Source of the DNA: Glaucostegus cemiculus
Lineage: Eukaryota
NCBI GenBank assembly: GCA_976551045.1
Contig: CDPCPM010000180.1
Coordinates: forward strand, 33,356,001 to 33,420,000
DNA: 64,000 nt
Direction: 5' to 3'
The translations under genes were made by a program, and so were the position numbers. Positions 14,492 through 26,328 of the stretch are shown here, one piece after another. Under the pieces are notes generated by a model. That model was not told where the DNA came from and ran no database searches. It saw only the letters and a program-made list of their open reading frames with translations. Each line of letters begins with the position of its first letter. Within the stretch, counting starts at the first letter, position 1.

Positions 14492-14715
14492 TATTGGTAA
14501 TTGGTTTATTACTGTCACATGTACCGAGACACAGTGAAAAGCTTTGGTTTTGCATGCCATCCAGGCAGATTATTCCGTACATAATTACTTTGAGGTAGTA
14601 AAAAGAAAACTGAACACAGAATATAGTGTTACAGTTACAGTGAAAGTGCAGTGCAGGCAGACAAATAAAGTGCAAGGGCCATGGCAAGGTAGATTGGGAG
14701 ATCAAGAATTCATCG
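14492..14715 (-). mobile_element. Rex1 3' tail fragment
   Basis: Similar to 383-600. Confidence 0.75.
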
Positions 14716-14891
14716 TTACAAAGAGGAAGAGGGAGCGGCTTGAGTGGAAATATAAACAGCCTGATTGACAGCTGAGTATTTTATGAGTAATCATGGAATT
14801 GACAAAGGATATAATTCTTACCAACATATCAGTAGAATATCTGCACATGACAAATATTACAGTATTTGCAGGTTGGTCTATTGTGGAATAA

Positions 14892-15032
<141 letters not shown>

Positions 15033-15325
15033 ATTGTAATCTCATGACCATGAAGGCAGAGTGAAGCTGCATTTTCTGTGGTGGCTCTAAGATATTTATT
15101 ACCATCAGCCAGCCGTCTGAACCAATGGACCGCATTTCCAAAACCTCACAGATCTTTTTTATATGTGTAAAGGAGACTTTACAAAACTGCGCTTTATAAA
15201 ATTAAAGTATTTCTAAACAGAAAACTATTTCATTATTTGACTGTTTCTTTGTGATTTCCCTGGTTTTTTGCTGGTGAGCTTTTATTCCACATATAATATT
15301 CTGTATTTATTTATTGGAAATATGA

Positions 15326-15342
15326 AATAAAAATAAATAAAA
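15326..15342 (+). terminator. Poly(A) signal cluster of the TMEM108-family gene
   Basis: Repeated AATAAA (aaataaaaataaataaaa) about 300 nt after the stop, at the end of an AU-rich 3' UTR. Confidence 0.7.
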
Positions 15343-15464
15343 CACCAACCACAAAACAGTTGAACCTTGATGACAGGAAGCTGCTAGAACTGCCACTCCT
15401 TGGTCATTCTGCAAAAATGTGTCATTGAACACTGTATTTAAATATACCTGCTACAATGGCGTCA

Positions 15465-15810
15465 GACACTGTACAGCGGGTAAAACTGCTGTCTTACAGC
15501 TCCAGTGACCCAGATTCAATCCCAATCTCAGGTGCTGTCTGTATGCAGTTTGCATGTTCTCCCTGTGACTGCATGTGTTTCCCTCAGGTGCTCTAGTTTC
15601 CTCCCACATCTTAAGGATGTGCAGGGTTGGTAGGTGGATTGGCTGCACTAAACTTCCCCTGGTGTAGGTGTACAGCAGGCCAATCGGGGTGGAGTTGATG
15701 GGCCCATTAGTGAGAATGGATTGGGGGGAAATAAGCAGTGGAAGGGATTGACCTGGGAGCTGGCAGAGACTTGATGTGCCAAATAGCCTCCTTTAACTTG
15801 TAAGAAAACA
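15465..15810 (+). mobile_element. tRNA-derived SINE (HE1/V-SINE-like)
   Basis: B-box-like gattcaatccc and central gagtttgcatgttctccctgtgac-type domain shared with several copies. Confidence 0.75.
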
Positions 15811-17386
15811 TGAAAATATGGAAAATTAGTAAACAAACATGGATTACTAAGGTTAATAAGGGACAAATATGGATTAGAGTCATAGAGTTATACAGCACGG
15901 AAACAGGCTCTTTGGCTCAACTCATCCATGCCGACCAAGGTGCCTACCTGAGCTAATTCCACTTGCCTGTGTTTGGCCTGTAAACTGTGAGGAGTGGATG
16001 CCAAGAGGGTACAGACAGGCTATCGGGATGGCAGACACATAGCAGATGAAATTTAATGCAGTGTGAAGTGATAGATTTTGGCAGGAAGGTCAGAGATTTG
16101 CAGTAAAGGATACGATTCTGTAGAGGTTGCAGGAAATCAAGGGACCTTGGGCAAAACAAAAGCAATTAGGAAAGCATGTGGGATTTATAAATAGAAGCAT
16201 TAAGTACAAAAGCCATGTTACATTATATATACAAGCATATGAGTTAGGAGCAGGAATAGACCACTTGGCCCCTCTAGCCTGCCCTGCAAAACAACTTGAT
16301 GATGGCTGAACCTTTATCTTAATATCATATTACTAACTCTCTCCCCTTGACATCTCTTGTGTCTAGAAATGTCTCTCTTACCTCCTTAAATATGTTCAGT
16401 TACTTGGGCTCCTCAGCTTTCTGGGATGGAGAACGTCACAGGTTCGCCCCTTGAGTGAAGAAACTTCTCCTCATCCCTGTCTTAAATTTCTTGTGCTTTA
16501 ATATATGAGGCTGCAACATTCCCCCACCCACCCCACCCCCCCTACCCCCATTACAACATCCTCACGTCAGCCAGCTGATACTTCCTCTGCTGAGGAGAAT
16601 ACAGTGTAGGGGTTTTATGAATGTGGGAAATTTCACCATGGAGAGATGATTTGGCATCCCTGTGGAGGTTCACTCGGTGGATTAATTCAGATCAGGTGTC
16701 AACGGTTTTCTTATTTTCCACTAATGAGCCCTCAGTGACTTTTTGGGACCTCCTCAAGCCTTTGTGTGAAGGAATGCTACCTGACATCACTCCTGAGGCA
16801 AACTAGTTCTGGCATAAGGTTATCCTTCAGTGTTTTGAATTCTCTTATCAGAGAAAGTCTTGAGCTCCAGGGTGCAGACTCTCTCTCTCATTAGAGATGG
16901 TCATTGTCTGGCACTTTTGCAACATGAATGTTACTTGTCACTTACCAGCCCATGCCTGAATGTTGACCAATGAGATGATCATTTAAAGCCACACAATTGC
17001 CAACCAACTTCATCAGTCCAAACCTGGGTGTTGTCCAGATGTTGTGGACATCGACTATTTCATTATCTCAGGCCATCTCAGTCCCAAGAAGCAGTGCAAA
17101 AATGTGACCTTTCTTTATTGACACTCCTAATGACGGAGGGTGACAGCCATCCAACCTAAATAAATGGTTGATGGGAACAGGATTGGTGACTTATCACAGT
17201 AGATCCCATAGATTCTTCACTATTGCACTAATAATGGTTGATTTATAGAAATGCACAGAATAAAATGGAATGTCTTATGTACTAATCTTTGCTTGATAAA
17301 CTAGAATGTTATTGCGGTGTCTATAATGTGGAATACAGCAAAGTGTAATAAAGGCCCGGACAGAGTGTTCACGAAAAGAATGTTAT

Positions 17387-17630
17387 GGTAGTGTAGTGGT
17401 TAGTACGATGCTATTACAACACCAGCGATCGGGGTTTGATTCCTGTCTCTGTCTGTGAGGAGTTTGTACATTCTCCCGTGTCTGCGTGGGTTTCCTCTGG
17501 GTGCTCTGGTTTCCTCCCACATTCCAAAGACGTACGGGTAGGTTAATTTGGGTTTAAAATGGGCGGCACAGACTCGTTGGCCAGACTCGTTACCACGCTG
17601 TAAATAAAATTATTTTAAAAATTTAAAGTT
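17387..17630 (+). mobile_element. Young tRNA-derived SINE inserted in a CR1 fragment (17350-17965)
   Basis: A box ggtagtgtagtggttag, B box gtttgattcc, CpGs retained, AT-rich tail. Confidence 0.75.
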
Positions 17631-18544
17631 TTAAAGGAATTTAAAGAAATTAGTAGGAGAGCCTGGGATCCAAGGGCACAGCCTCAGAATAAAGGGATGT
17701 CCCTTTAAAACTGAGATGAGGAAGAATTTCTTCAGCCAACGGGTGATGAATCTGTGGAATTCATTGCCACGGAGGGCTGTAGAGACCACGTCATTGGGTG
17801 TATTTAAGGCAGGGGTTAACAGGTTCTTAATTGGTAAGGGCGTTAAGGGTTATGGGGAGAAGGCAGGAGAATGGGGTTGAAAAAAATATCAGCCGTGATT
17901 GAATGGCAGAGCAGACACAATGGGCCGAATGGCCTAATTCTGCTCCTATGGTCTTCTGGACTTATGGAATCCCACCCTCTCACTCTTTGTGTCCGGGGTC
18001 CTCTGGTGGCTGGGTGAACCTTGCCTCTTGCAAGACCAAATTGGGACTCCACATTAAAATTAAAGTTCAGTGTAGTGTTCTGTTTTTCTTTTTCTGGAGG
18101 TCTGATGGAGGTCAAGGGAATCCTGCCTCGAGGTCTTCTCATTCTGTAGCAGCTGAACACGCTGGCCTGGTGGTTATCACAAAGCACTGGGGGTTTTGAT
18201 GCTATGGACAGTGATCTTCATGGAACTTCGGTTGTAACTGTGCAGCCATTGTGCACTTCATGCTGCTCGCCGAGCTGAGTTTTGCAGTTCCTTGTGTGTT
18301 GTGTGCACAGGTTGGAAAAGAGCCAAGTGAACAGTTGACAGCATCATCCTGCAATAATCCTGGTCCACCATCAGCCCTGTCAATTAGGGTCATAATGTCA
18401 ATACTCTTACTATAACACCACACAGTTATGATCATCTGCTCTCTTTTGTTCAGCACTACCAGACTGTGTGTTGATGTAACATAGCTTTAATGCTTCCAGT
18501 ATCAGCTATAACAGGATCTTGCTGGGAAGATGGTTCGCTATGTT

Positions 18545-18678
18545 TCAGGTAGACATATCGAGGAGATAGTTCTTGAGGAAAGTAGGCAGTGGTAAGTGGT
18601 GGATACTGTGAAGCCGAGAGACACCCAAACATCTTCGGATGTGAAGGCGACAGGCATTTTGAAGTAGTCTGGGATTTT
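18545..18678 (-). CDS. ASB1-like protein, coding exon 3 (SOCS box)
   Basis: Acceptor tgtgttttgcag, phase 1 compatible. Manual translation KNPRLLQNACRLHIRRCLGVSRLHSIHHLPLPTFLKNYLLDMST* shows a BC box and the LPLP Cul5 box. Confidence 0.9.
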
Positions 18679-18884
18679 CTGCAAAACACAACACTTTATG
18701 AATGAGACCTAAATAAAGTGAGTTACACTGAGGGGGAGGAGAACAGAGGTTAAACAGCTATTTAAAATTATTCTCCACCTCCCCACAAATTCTCTGTCTT
18801 GATTGTGCTGATGTATTTTAATAGAGGTCTTTGGAAAATGACCGATACCTGTGTGAAGCAAAAAACAAAATGCTGGAGGATCTC

Positions 18885-19830
18885 AAATTTGCAGATGATA
18901 CCACCTTGGTAGGCTGTATCTCAACAATGATGAGTCCAGGTACAGGAAGGAGATAGAGAGCTTAGTGGCATGGTGTCATGACCACAACCTTTCCCTCAAT
19001 GTCAACAAAACAAAAGAGCTGGTCATTGACTTCAGGAAAGGGGGTGGTGTACATGCACCGGTCTACATCAATGGTGCTGAGGTCAAGAGGGTTGAGAGCT
19101 TCAAGTTCCTGGGAGTGAACATCACCAATAGCCTGTCTTGGTCAAATCACATAGAGGCCACATGCCATGACCTAGAAAGTTCACCAGCGCCTCTACTTCC
19201 TCAGAACGCTAAAGAAATTTGGCATGTCTGCTTTGACACTCACCAACTTTTATCAATGGCCCATAGAAAGCATCCTATCTGGATGCATCATGGCTTGGTA
19301 CAGCAACTGCTCTGCCCAGGACCATAAGAAACCGCAGAGAGTGGTGGACACAACCCTGCACATCACAGAAACCAGCCTCCCCTCCTTGGACTCTGTCTTT
19401 ACCTCTTGCTGCCCTGATAAAGTGGTCAGCATAATCAAAGACCTCACCTACCCAGGTCATTCTCTCTTCTCTCCTCTTCCATCAGGTAGAAGCTACAGGA
19501 GCCTGAGGGCACATACCACCAGGATTAAGGTCAGCTTCTACCTCACTGTGATAAGACTATTGAACAATTCCCTTATACAATGAGATGGCCTGTGACCTCA
19601 TGATCTACCTTGTGACCTTGCACTTTGTCTACACTTTCTCTGTAGCTGTGACACTTTACTCTGTACTGTTATTGTTTTTACCTGTACTACCTCAATGCAC
19701 TCTGTACTAACTCAATGTAACTGCGCTGTGTAATGAATTGACCCGTATGATCAGTATGCGGTAAGTTTTCACTGCACCTCGATACAAGTGACAATAATAA
19801 ACCAATACCAATAATAAACTAATACCAATA
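18885..19830 (+). mobile_element. Rex1/Babar LINE 3' part
   Basis: WCHDHNLSLNVNKTKELVIDFRK, ESILSGCIMAWY; tail aataaaccaataccaat. Confidence 0.9.
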
Positions 19831-20799
19831 TTGGCTAACATACGCTATTTTTTTAGGTAAGGAGACCAAATTTTTACAGGTGTGATCACGCTAAAGCCCT
19901 GTATAATTGTCATATTTCGCTCCTGTTCTCAAACCCTCTTATAATAAAGTCCAAAGCACCATTACCTTCCTAATTAACCACTGCTGGCTTTCAGTAACTT
20001 TAGTTAATGTCCTTGAGAATATCAACATTCCACAAACTCTCACTGTTTAATAAATATTCGACTCTTCTGTTTTCCCTACAGAATGGCGTAACCCCATATT
20101 TTCCATGGTGTATGCCAGCTGTTGTGCTCTTTCCCACTCCTTCAGCTTGTCTACACCCCCTTGAAGCCTCTTTGCAGCCTCATCACTACCCATATTCCCT
20201 CTTTGTTCAATCATCAGCAAACTTGGAAATCACTGATAAAGTTTGTGAATGGTTGTTACCCAAGCACATATCCCCGTAGCACTTGGTAGCCACAGCCTGT
20301 CAAGCCTAGGTGTGCCCATTTATTCCTACTCTGTTTTCAACCAGCCTCAAGTCACTTTCAGACAGCACTCACCACCCACTGATTTCTTCTGGTCCTGAAA
20401 TGATTTTGCCCTGGCGTTTACAGCCTTGTCATTGTGTAACTCTGTTCTGGTTTGTCTGAGCATTGGCATATCTGCAGTTTCTTTGGAAAGGTTGCCTTGA
20501 CGAGTCAGGCAGAAGCAGGGACCCAGGAAGAGGTTAGAGGGTTATGGACCAAACGCAGGCAAATGGGACTAGCTCAGGTAGGCATCATGGACAAGTTGGG
20601 CTGAAAGGTCTGTTCCTGCGCTGTATGATTCTAACTGTATAACTGTATGACTTTATGCTGTGTGCTCAGGTTGAATGACTTGGCATGTCATTTCCCTCAG
20701 CTCCCATTTGGGGACAGCTTTGTCTTTATGCAGTAGTTTAAGAGGAGGTGTTTATGTGGCTCTTAGCCCCACTGATAACTTGTCAACTCTTGTTTGATT

Positions 20800-20990
20800 G
20801 TTTTTCCCCCACTTTTCTACACTTAGGGGCAAGTTAGTGCAGTCAGTTAATTTTCAGCATATCTTTAGGATGTGGGAGGAATCTGGAGCATCTGAGAGAA
20901 ACCCACATGGTCACAGAGAGAACATGCAACCTCCACACAGACAGCACCTGAGGTCAGGATTGAACCCAGGTTGCTGGAGCTGTGAGCCCC
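20800..20990 (-). mobile_element. HE1-like SINE
   Basis: Reverse complement of the 15465 family. Confidence 0.7.
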
Positions 20991-21326
20991 TGTGCTTCTC
21001 TGCTGGTGCTTTACTGGGAGGTGCAGGGATGATGTTTCCTCTTCTTGTACTGTCTAGGACCAAGAGTCACAGTGTCAAAATAAGGGGTTGCCATTCTACT
21101 CAGAATGGGAAGAAATTTCTGTACCCTGAAGGTAGTGAATCTTTGGATTATTCCACCCAAAGAGCTGTGGAGACTCAGTCACTGAGTATATTCATTTCAG
21201 AGAGCAATAGATTCTGACTAGTAAGGGAAATGGGGTTAGTAATGGAAAAATCAACCATGTAAACCAAGTAAAAGATCAGCCAGGGTCTTAATGAATGAGG
21301 AGAATGATGGGCTGAATGGTCTCTTT

Positions 21327-21460
21327 TGTCCTGGCTAATATTAATCCCTCAAACATACTGTGGCAGCTTACGGTGCACAAATATCCTGGGGCATTTCCTG
21401 CATTACAACAGTGATTACACCCCTAAAGCACTTTGGGACATCTTGGAAGTTCTATATAAG
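21327..21460 (+). mobile_element. DeuSINE-like 3' fragment
   Basis: tgtcctggctaatattaatccctcaa...cattacaacagtgattacac...aaagcactttgggac resembles the recalled Deu-domain SINE end. Confidence 0.55.
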
Positions 21461-21499
21461 TGGTAGACTTTTAAAAGTTTGCTAGCAGTGTAATCATAC

Positions 21500-21686
21500 T
21501 TTTAGATCTTTCAAAAAACAGTGCACAAGGGTTCTTGGAGAACATCTGACTCTCTCCGGGAGTTTGGTTGTAACTGAATAAGCTCAAGTCTGCTCCAAAT
21601 TCCACTAACAGCTTTGCATAGTCTTCACTGCAGTTCATCTTCACTACTGCATCCAGGAGGTTTGAAGCTGCATGAGGCATAGATTC
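21500..21686 (-). CDS. ASB1-like protein, coding exon 2
   Basis: Acceptor ttatattgtag, phase 0. Translates ESMPHAASNLLDAVVKMNCSEDYAKLLVEFGADLSL...FFERSK (ASB1 has LLVEFGANL). Donor A|gtatga, phase 1. Confidence 0.88.
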
Positions 21687-22526
21687 CTACAATATAACAG
21701 AGAAAAGTATCATTAAGTAATTCAGTGACAGAAGAGGAAAAATCTTCTTTTACTATATTCAACCTTTCAAATGTCATCAGCAGAAAATAGTTCAATAAAA
21801 TGCATTCATGTACTGAGCTGGATGTGCCTGTACCCCATCTGCACATATCTTAATAAGAGATAACCATATTTGTACATGCCACAGTTAATCTATACCTATT
21901 TTCTTGCACAGGTCATTGTGACACTACAATGAACCATGGTTGAACATAAAAGGTCCCTCCCCATCCATAACCAGTCCCTTGCAGTCCAGAGAATACTTTA
22001 CATTCATCTTGTTCTGGTCCCTTGTAGATCAAATATTTTCATTGTTCTACCATAGCAGCCCTGCCTTTAGCTATTTTGGGTCTAATCTGTGACATTTTCT
22101 CCCTAAAGTTCCCTCAAACTCTCTCTCTCTTTCTCTCTGTCTCATCTCTCTCTGCCTTATTAGCCCAGATTTTGGACACCTTTTCTAATTTCTCATAGTA
22201 AGATGAGATAAGAATACTGGCTATTGAAAGAACACCTTTTCTCTGACAATGACCCAATGAACAGAACTTCACATAGCATCCCCTCTTTTTTTAATCATTT
22301 TCTTACAATGGCACAGAAGGAGGCCATTCAGCCCATCAGCTCCATGCCAGGTTGCATTAGTTTCAATCCCCCCTCTTATTTTCCTGCACCCTTGCAACTT
22401 ATTTCTTCTCACATATGCCAATCAATTCTCCTTCATTTGTTCTGGCATTCACCTCTTGTGAGGGGTAGGTCTTAGTAGCCAATTAACAAACCACTAGTCC
22501 TTTGGAATGTGGGAGGAAATTGGAAT

Positions 22527-23528
22527 ACCATAGAACCATAGAACAATACAGCACAAAACAGGCCCTTTGGCCCACCAAGTTGTGCTGTCCTTGAAAGTCA
22601 CACGATCTAACTCTTTCCTCCCACATATCCCTCTATTCCACATTCCTCCATATGCCTATCTAACAATCTCTTGAACCTGTCCAACGTATCTGCCTCCACC
22701 ACCACCCCAGGCAGCACATTCCATGTGCCAACCACTCTCTGGATGAAAAATTTCCCTCTGACATCTCCCTTGAACCTTCCACCCAATATCTTAAAGCCAT
22801 GCGCTGTCGTCTTGAGCATCTGTGCTCTGGGCAAGAGGTGCTGGCTGTCAACTCTATCTATTCCTCTCAATATCTTATACACCTCTATCAAGTCCCCTCT
22901 CATCCTCCTCCTCTCCAACGAGTAAAGCCCTAGCACCTTAAGCCTCTCTTCATATTTCATACCCTCTAATCCAGGCATCATCCTGGTAAATGGCCTCTGT
23001 ACCCTCTCCAACACCTCCACATCTTTCCTATAATGCGGCAACCAGAATTGAACACAATACCCTAAGTGCAGTCTAACTAGAGTTTTGTAAAGCAGCATCA
23101 TCTCCTCTCGGCTCTTGAACTCAATCCCACGATTTATAAAAGCTAACATCCCATAAGCCTTCTTAACTGTCCTATCCACCTGCGAGGCAACTTTGAGTGA
23201 ACTCTGGATATGAATCCCCAGATCCCTCTGCTCCTCTACACTGCCAAGTACCTTGCCATTTACCTTGCACTCTGCCCTGGAGTTTGTCCTACCAAAGTGC
23301 ATCACCTCACACTTCTCCGGATTAAACTCCATCTGCCCAGCTCTGCATCCTATCAATATCCTTCTGTAAGCTCCAACAGTCCTCCACACTATCCACCACA
23401 CCACTGATCTTGGTGTCATCCGCAAACTTACCAACCCATCCTTCCACCCTTTCATCTAAGTCATCTATAAATATAACAAAGAGTAGAGGTCCCAGAACCG
23501 ATCCCTGCGGGACACCACTAGTCACAGC
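22527..23528 (-). mobile_element. Relatively young 5'-truncated CR1 LINE nested in a SINE
   Basis: [14 protein letters not shown]...KFADDTK plus a long open C-terminal frame; (TTCTATGG) tail; SINE halves at 22470-22526 and 23530-23640. Confidence 0.92.
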
Positions 23529-24319
23529 AAGAGTGCCCATAGGAAAGCCACATAGTCACAGAGAGAACATGTAACACCTGCACACAGGGCACCTGATGTC
23601 AGGATGGAACCTGGAACTGTGAAGCAACTGCACTAACTGCTTCTACCACAGTGTCAACAGTACAATTTTGCTCATTCACTGAAGCCAATTTTCAAAAGGA
23701 GTAGCAATATCTCCTCTTTCTGAAAAATGTGAGAGGGTAATATTCCAAGTAAAATTCTTTCATTGGGAAGACTTATAAATATCTGGGGCTTCAAAATTCC
23801 AAAGGAACTAAACCAGTTTACTGCTGCCATCTGTCTAGCTAAAATTCACACATTGCCAAATGTGGGCCAATTGATCCCAGAAAGTGTGTTCGACCTTACC
23901 TGTGGGAGCTTTTTGGAGATGCAGCTTCTTTGCAGTCATTTCTTTCTTCATCATTTGGAGATACCAACCATTCTTTAATTTACTTCTTCAGAGGATGTAG
24001 ACACAGCTGGAAATGTCAGCATTTATTGCTCATCTCTAAATGCCCCTGAACCAAAGAGGTGGGTGCAGGGTCACATATTGACCAGACGGAGTAAATATGA
24101 CAGATTCCCATCCTTGAACGATATTGTTCAATGGATGGGTTTTTTGAATGATCTAGTAGTTTACCTTTAATAAGGTTAGTCTCCTTTCTTCAGTTTGAGT
24201 GAAGGATCTTAAACCTGAAACATTAACTATTTCTCTTTTCATGGATGCTCTCTGACCTGCTGGTTCTTCCAGCAATTTCTGTTTTAATTTCAGATTTGCA
24301 GTTTTTTTAATATTTTAAT

Positions 24320-24475
24320 CGAAAACTGATTTGGTTGCCAAAAACAAACTTTCAATCCAGATTTAATTAATTTAAATTCTCCAGCTGCGAAGGTGGGATT
24401 TGAACTATCGCCACTGGATCAGCGGTTCTAACTCCAACTGCTAGTCCAGTAACTCAGTCACGTTGCCACCTTACC
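24320..24475 (-). mobile_element. tRNA-derived SINE head (same family as 33830)
   Basis: gttcaaatcccacc...gctggagaatttaaat on -. Confidence 0.6.
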
Positions 24476-24984
24476 CTGCCAGCAGAGCAGGCTGTGAAAG
24501 AGCTGGTATGGCCTTATCATTTCCATGCAAGCTTGCTAATAATTCCATCTCTGAGATGGAATCAACGTCAGGTATTTTTTGGAGGCTGGAAGTTCTCTGC
24601 CAATTTTCGGATAGATTAGGAGCTTCAGAATTTAGAGCCCATAGGACTGTAACATTTTACAGCACTCTAGAAATTACTTAGGATTACTGCATCTGTTACT
24701 GGCTCTCTGTGGGCAATCTACCAAATTTCTATGCCCTTACCCTTTCTCTACACTTTTTTAACTGGGAGACTGGGATTAATCTGAGCCAGTATAGGCTTGA
24801 TGGGCCAAATAGCCTCCAACATTGTCAAAAAATATAAAGAAGTCCTAATTTCAAATATTTATCTGCAGTACTTCCTTATAAAGTGGATTATGGATTCTGT
24901 TTTTAACACTCCAAAAAAACTTTGTAACATGTTTCTCCCAACATCTCTTCCTTTCTATACATAAGATAAATATAATAATAAGTA

Positions 24985-25640
24985 CATAGTTTCCTGAAAG
25001 TGGCAAGAGCAGACAAAGTGGTAAGGAAGGTGTATAGTATGTTCGCCTTCATCAGCCAAGCCATTGACTACAAGAGTTGGGATGCCGTGTTACCGTTCTA
25101 CAAATTGTTGGTTAGGCCACACTTGGAGTATTGTGTGCTGTTATGGTTGTCACACTACAGGAAGGATGTAATTAAGCCTAAGAGGGTGCAGAAAATATTC
25201 ATAAGGATGTTGCCCGGTCTGGAGGGCTTGAGTTATATGGAGAAACTGGACAGGCTGGGACTGTTTTCCCTAGAACAAAGATGGCTGAGATGTGGCCTTA
25301 TTGAGGTTTATAAAATCAAAAGGGGCATATAGATAAAGCGGATGATATCAGAGTCTTTTTCCCAGGGTAAGGGAGTCTAAAACTATAAGGCATAGGTTTA
25401 AAGTGAGAGGCGAAAGACTTAAAGGGGACCTGTGAGGCAGTTTTTTCACACAAGCTTCCAAAGGAGGAGGTGGAGGCAGGTACAAATAGAGTGATTAAAA
25501 ACATTTTGACAGCTACATGTATAGTAAAGGTGAAGAGGGATATGGGCCAAATGCAGGCAAGTGGGATTCACATAGATAGGCATCTTAATCAAAGTTGGGC
25601 TGAAGGGCCTGTTTTCATGCTATTTAGCTCTATGAATCTA
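24985..25640 (+). mobile_element. CR1 3' fragment
   Basis: LVRPHLEYCV and LFSLEQRWLR motifs; tail ctctatgaatcta. Confidence 0.9.
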
Positions 25641-25656
25641 TACACAAAACACTTAC

Positions 25657-26328
25657 CCCTCCAATGAAAAAATTCATCCTCTGGCATTTTCTCTGTTCCT
25701 TACAGTTGAAGTTTGGATTTGCACCACTTTGAAGAAGAAATTTGAAACAGTCCAGTTTATTATGTAAGGCACTCATAAGCAATGGGGTTTTGGTCAATGA
25801 ATTCTCAAATGGCTTTGGAGACAAGTGATCTGCATAATTCACATCTCCCCCGCATCTTATGAGCTCCTTGATGATCTCCACATTTCCATTCTGGGAAGCA
25901 AAAACTAATGGTGAGCATTTACTACCAGCCCTCCCATTGGGGTTGGCACCTCCTTTCAGTAGAATTTGTACACAGTTTAAGTTATTTTCTAATATGGCAA
26001 AGTAGAGCGCACACTCACCACCATCATTCAGGTAGCCTACATCAGCACCTTGTTGAATAAGGAACTTAACACACTCATCATGTCCCCCTATGACAGCGAA
26101 CAGCAGTGGTGTGCAAGGTAGCACCATTTCAGACCGGTTCAAATGCCTGCTGATCTGTGATTTCAAGCCCCAATCCTCAATTAAGAGTTTAAGTGTTTTT
26201 AGATCACCTCTGAAGGCAATGTCATACAATGATTCCGGCATGTTCTTGGATACATCGTTGTTGGTTAACCAAGTTAGCAGCTTCTTGTGCATTCTTGCAA
26301 TGGGATTTGAAGAATTGCCAAGCTTCAT
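25657..26328 (-). CDS. ASB1-like ankyrin repeat and SOCS box protein, coding exon 1 (about 5-6 ankyrin repeats)
   Basis: 224 codons with LPCTPLLFAVIGGHDECVKFLIQQGADV, GANPNG and CFKFLLQSGANPNFNC, colinear with ASB1 (LPCTPL...GANPDFNC). Donor GGG|gtaagt, phase 0; likely acceptor ttctctttttag just upstream of 26389. Confidence 0.88.

Noticed and set aside
17387-17450. tRNA-like sequence (also 47157)
   Set aside because: A and B boxes run directly into a SINE body; no complete cloverleaf.
18456-18689. 77-aa ORF listed over the SOCS exon
   Set aside because: Wrong frame; the SOCS box is in another frame entered by splicing.
22607-23455. 282-aa ORF as a host gene
   Set aside because: C-terminal part of CR1 ORF2, 5'-truncated and frameshifted.
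23895-23975. Strong donor CAG|gtaagg on - in ASB intron 1 as an extra exon
   Set aside because: No convincing acceptor, and the flanking exons already join in frame and colinear with ASB1.
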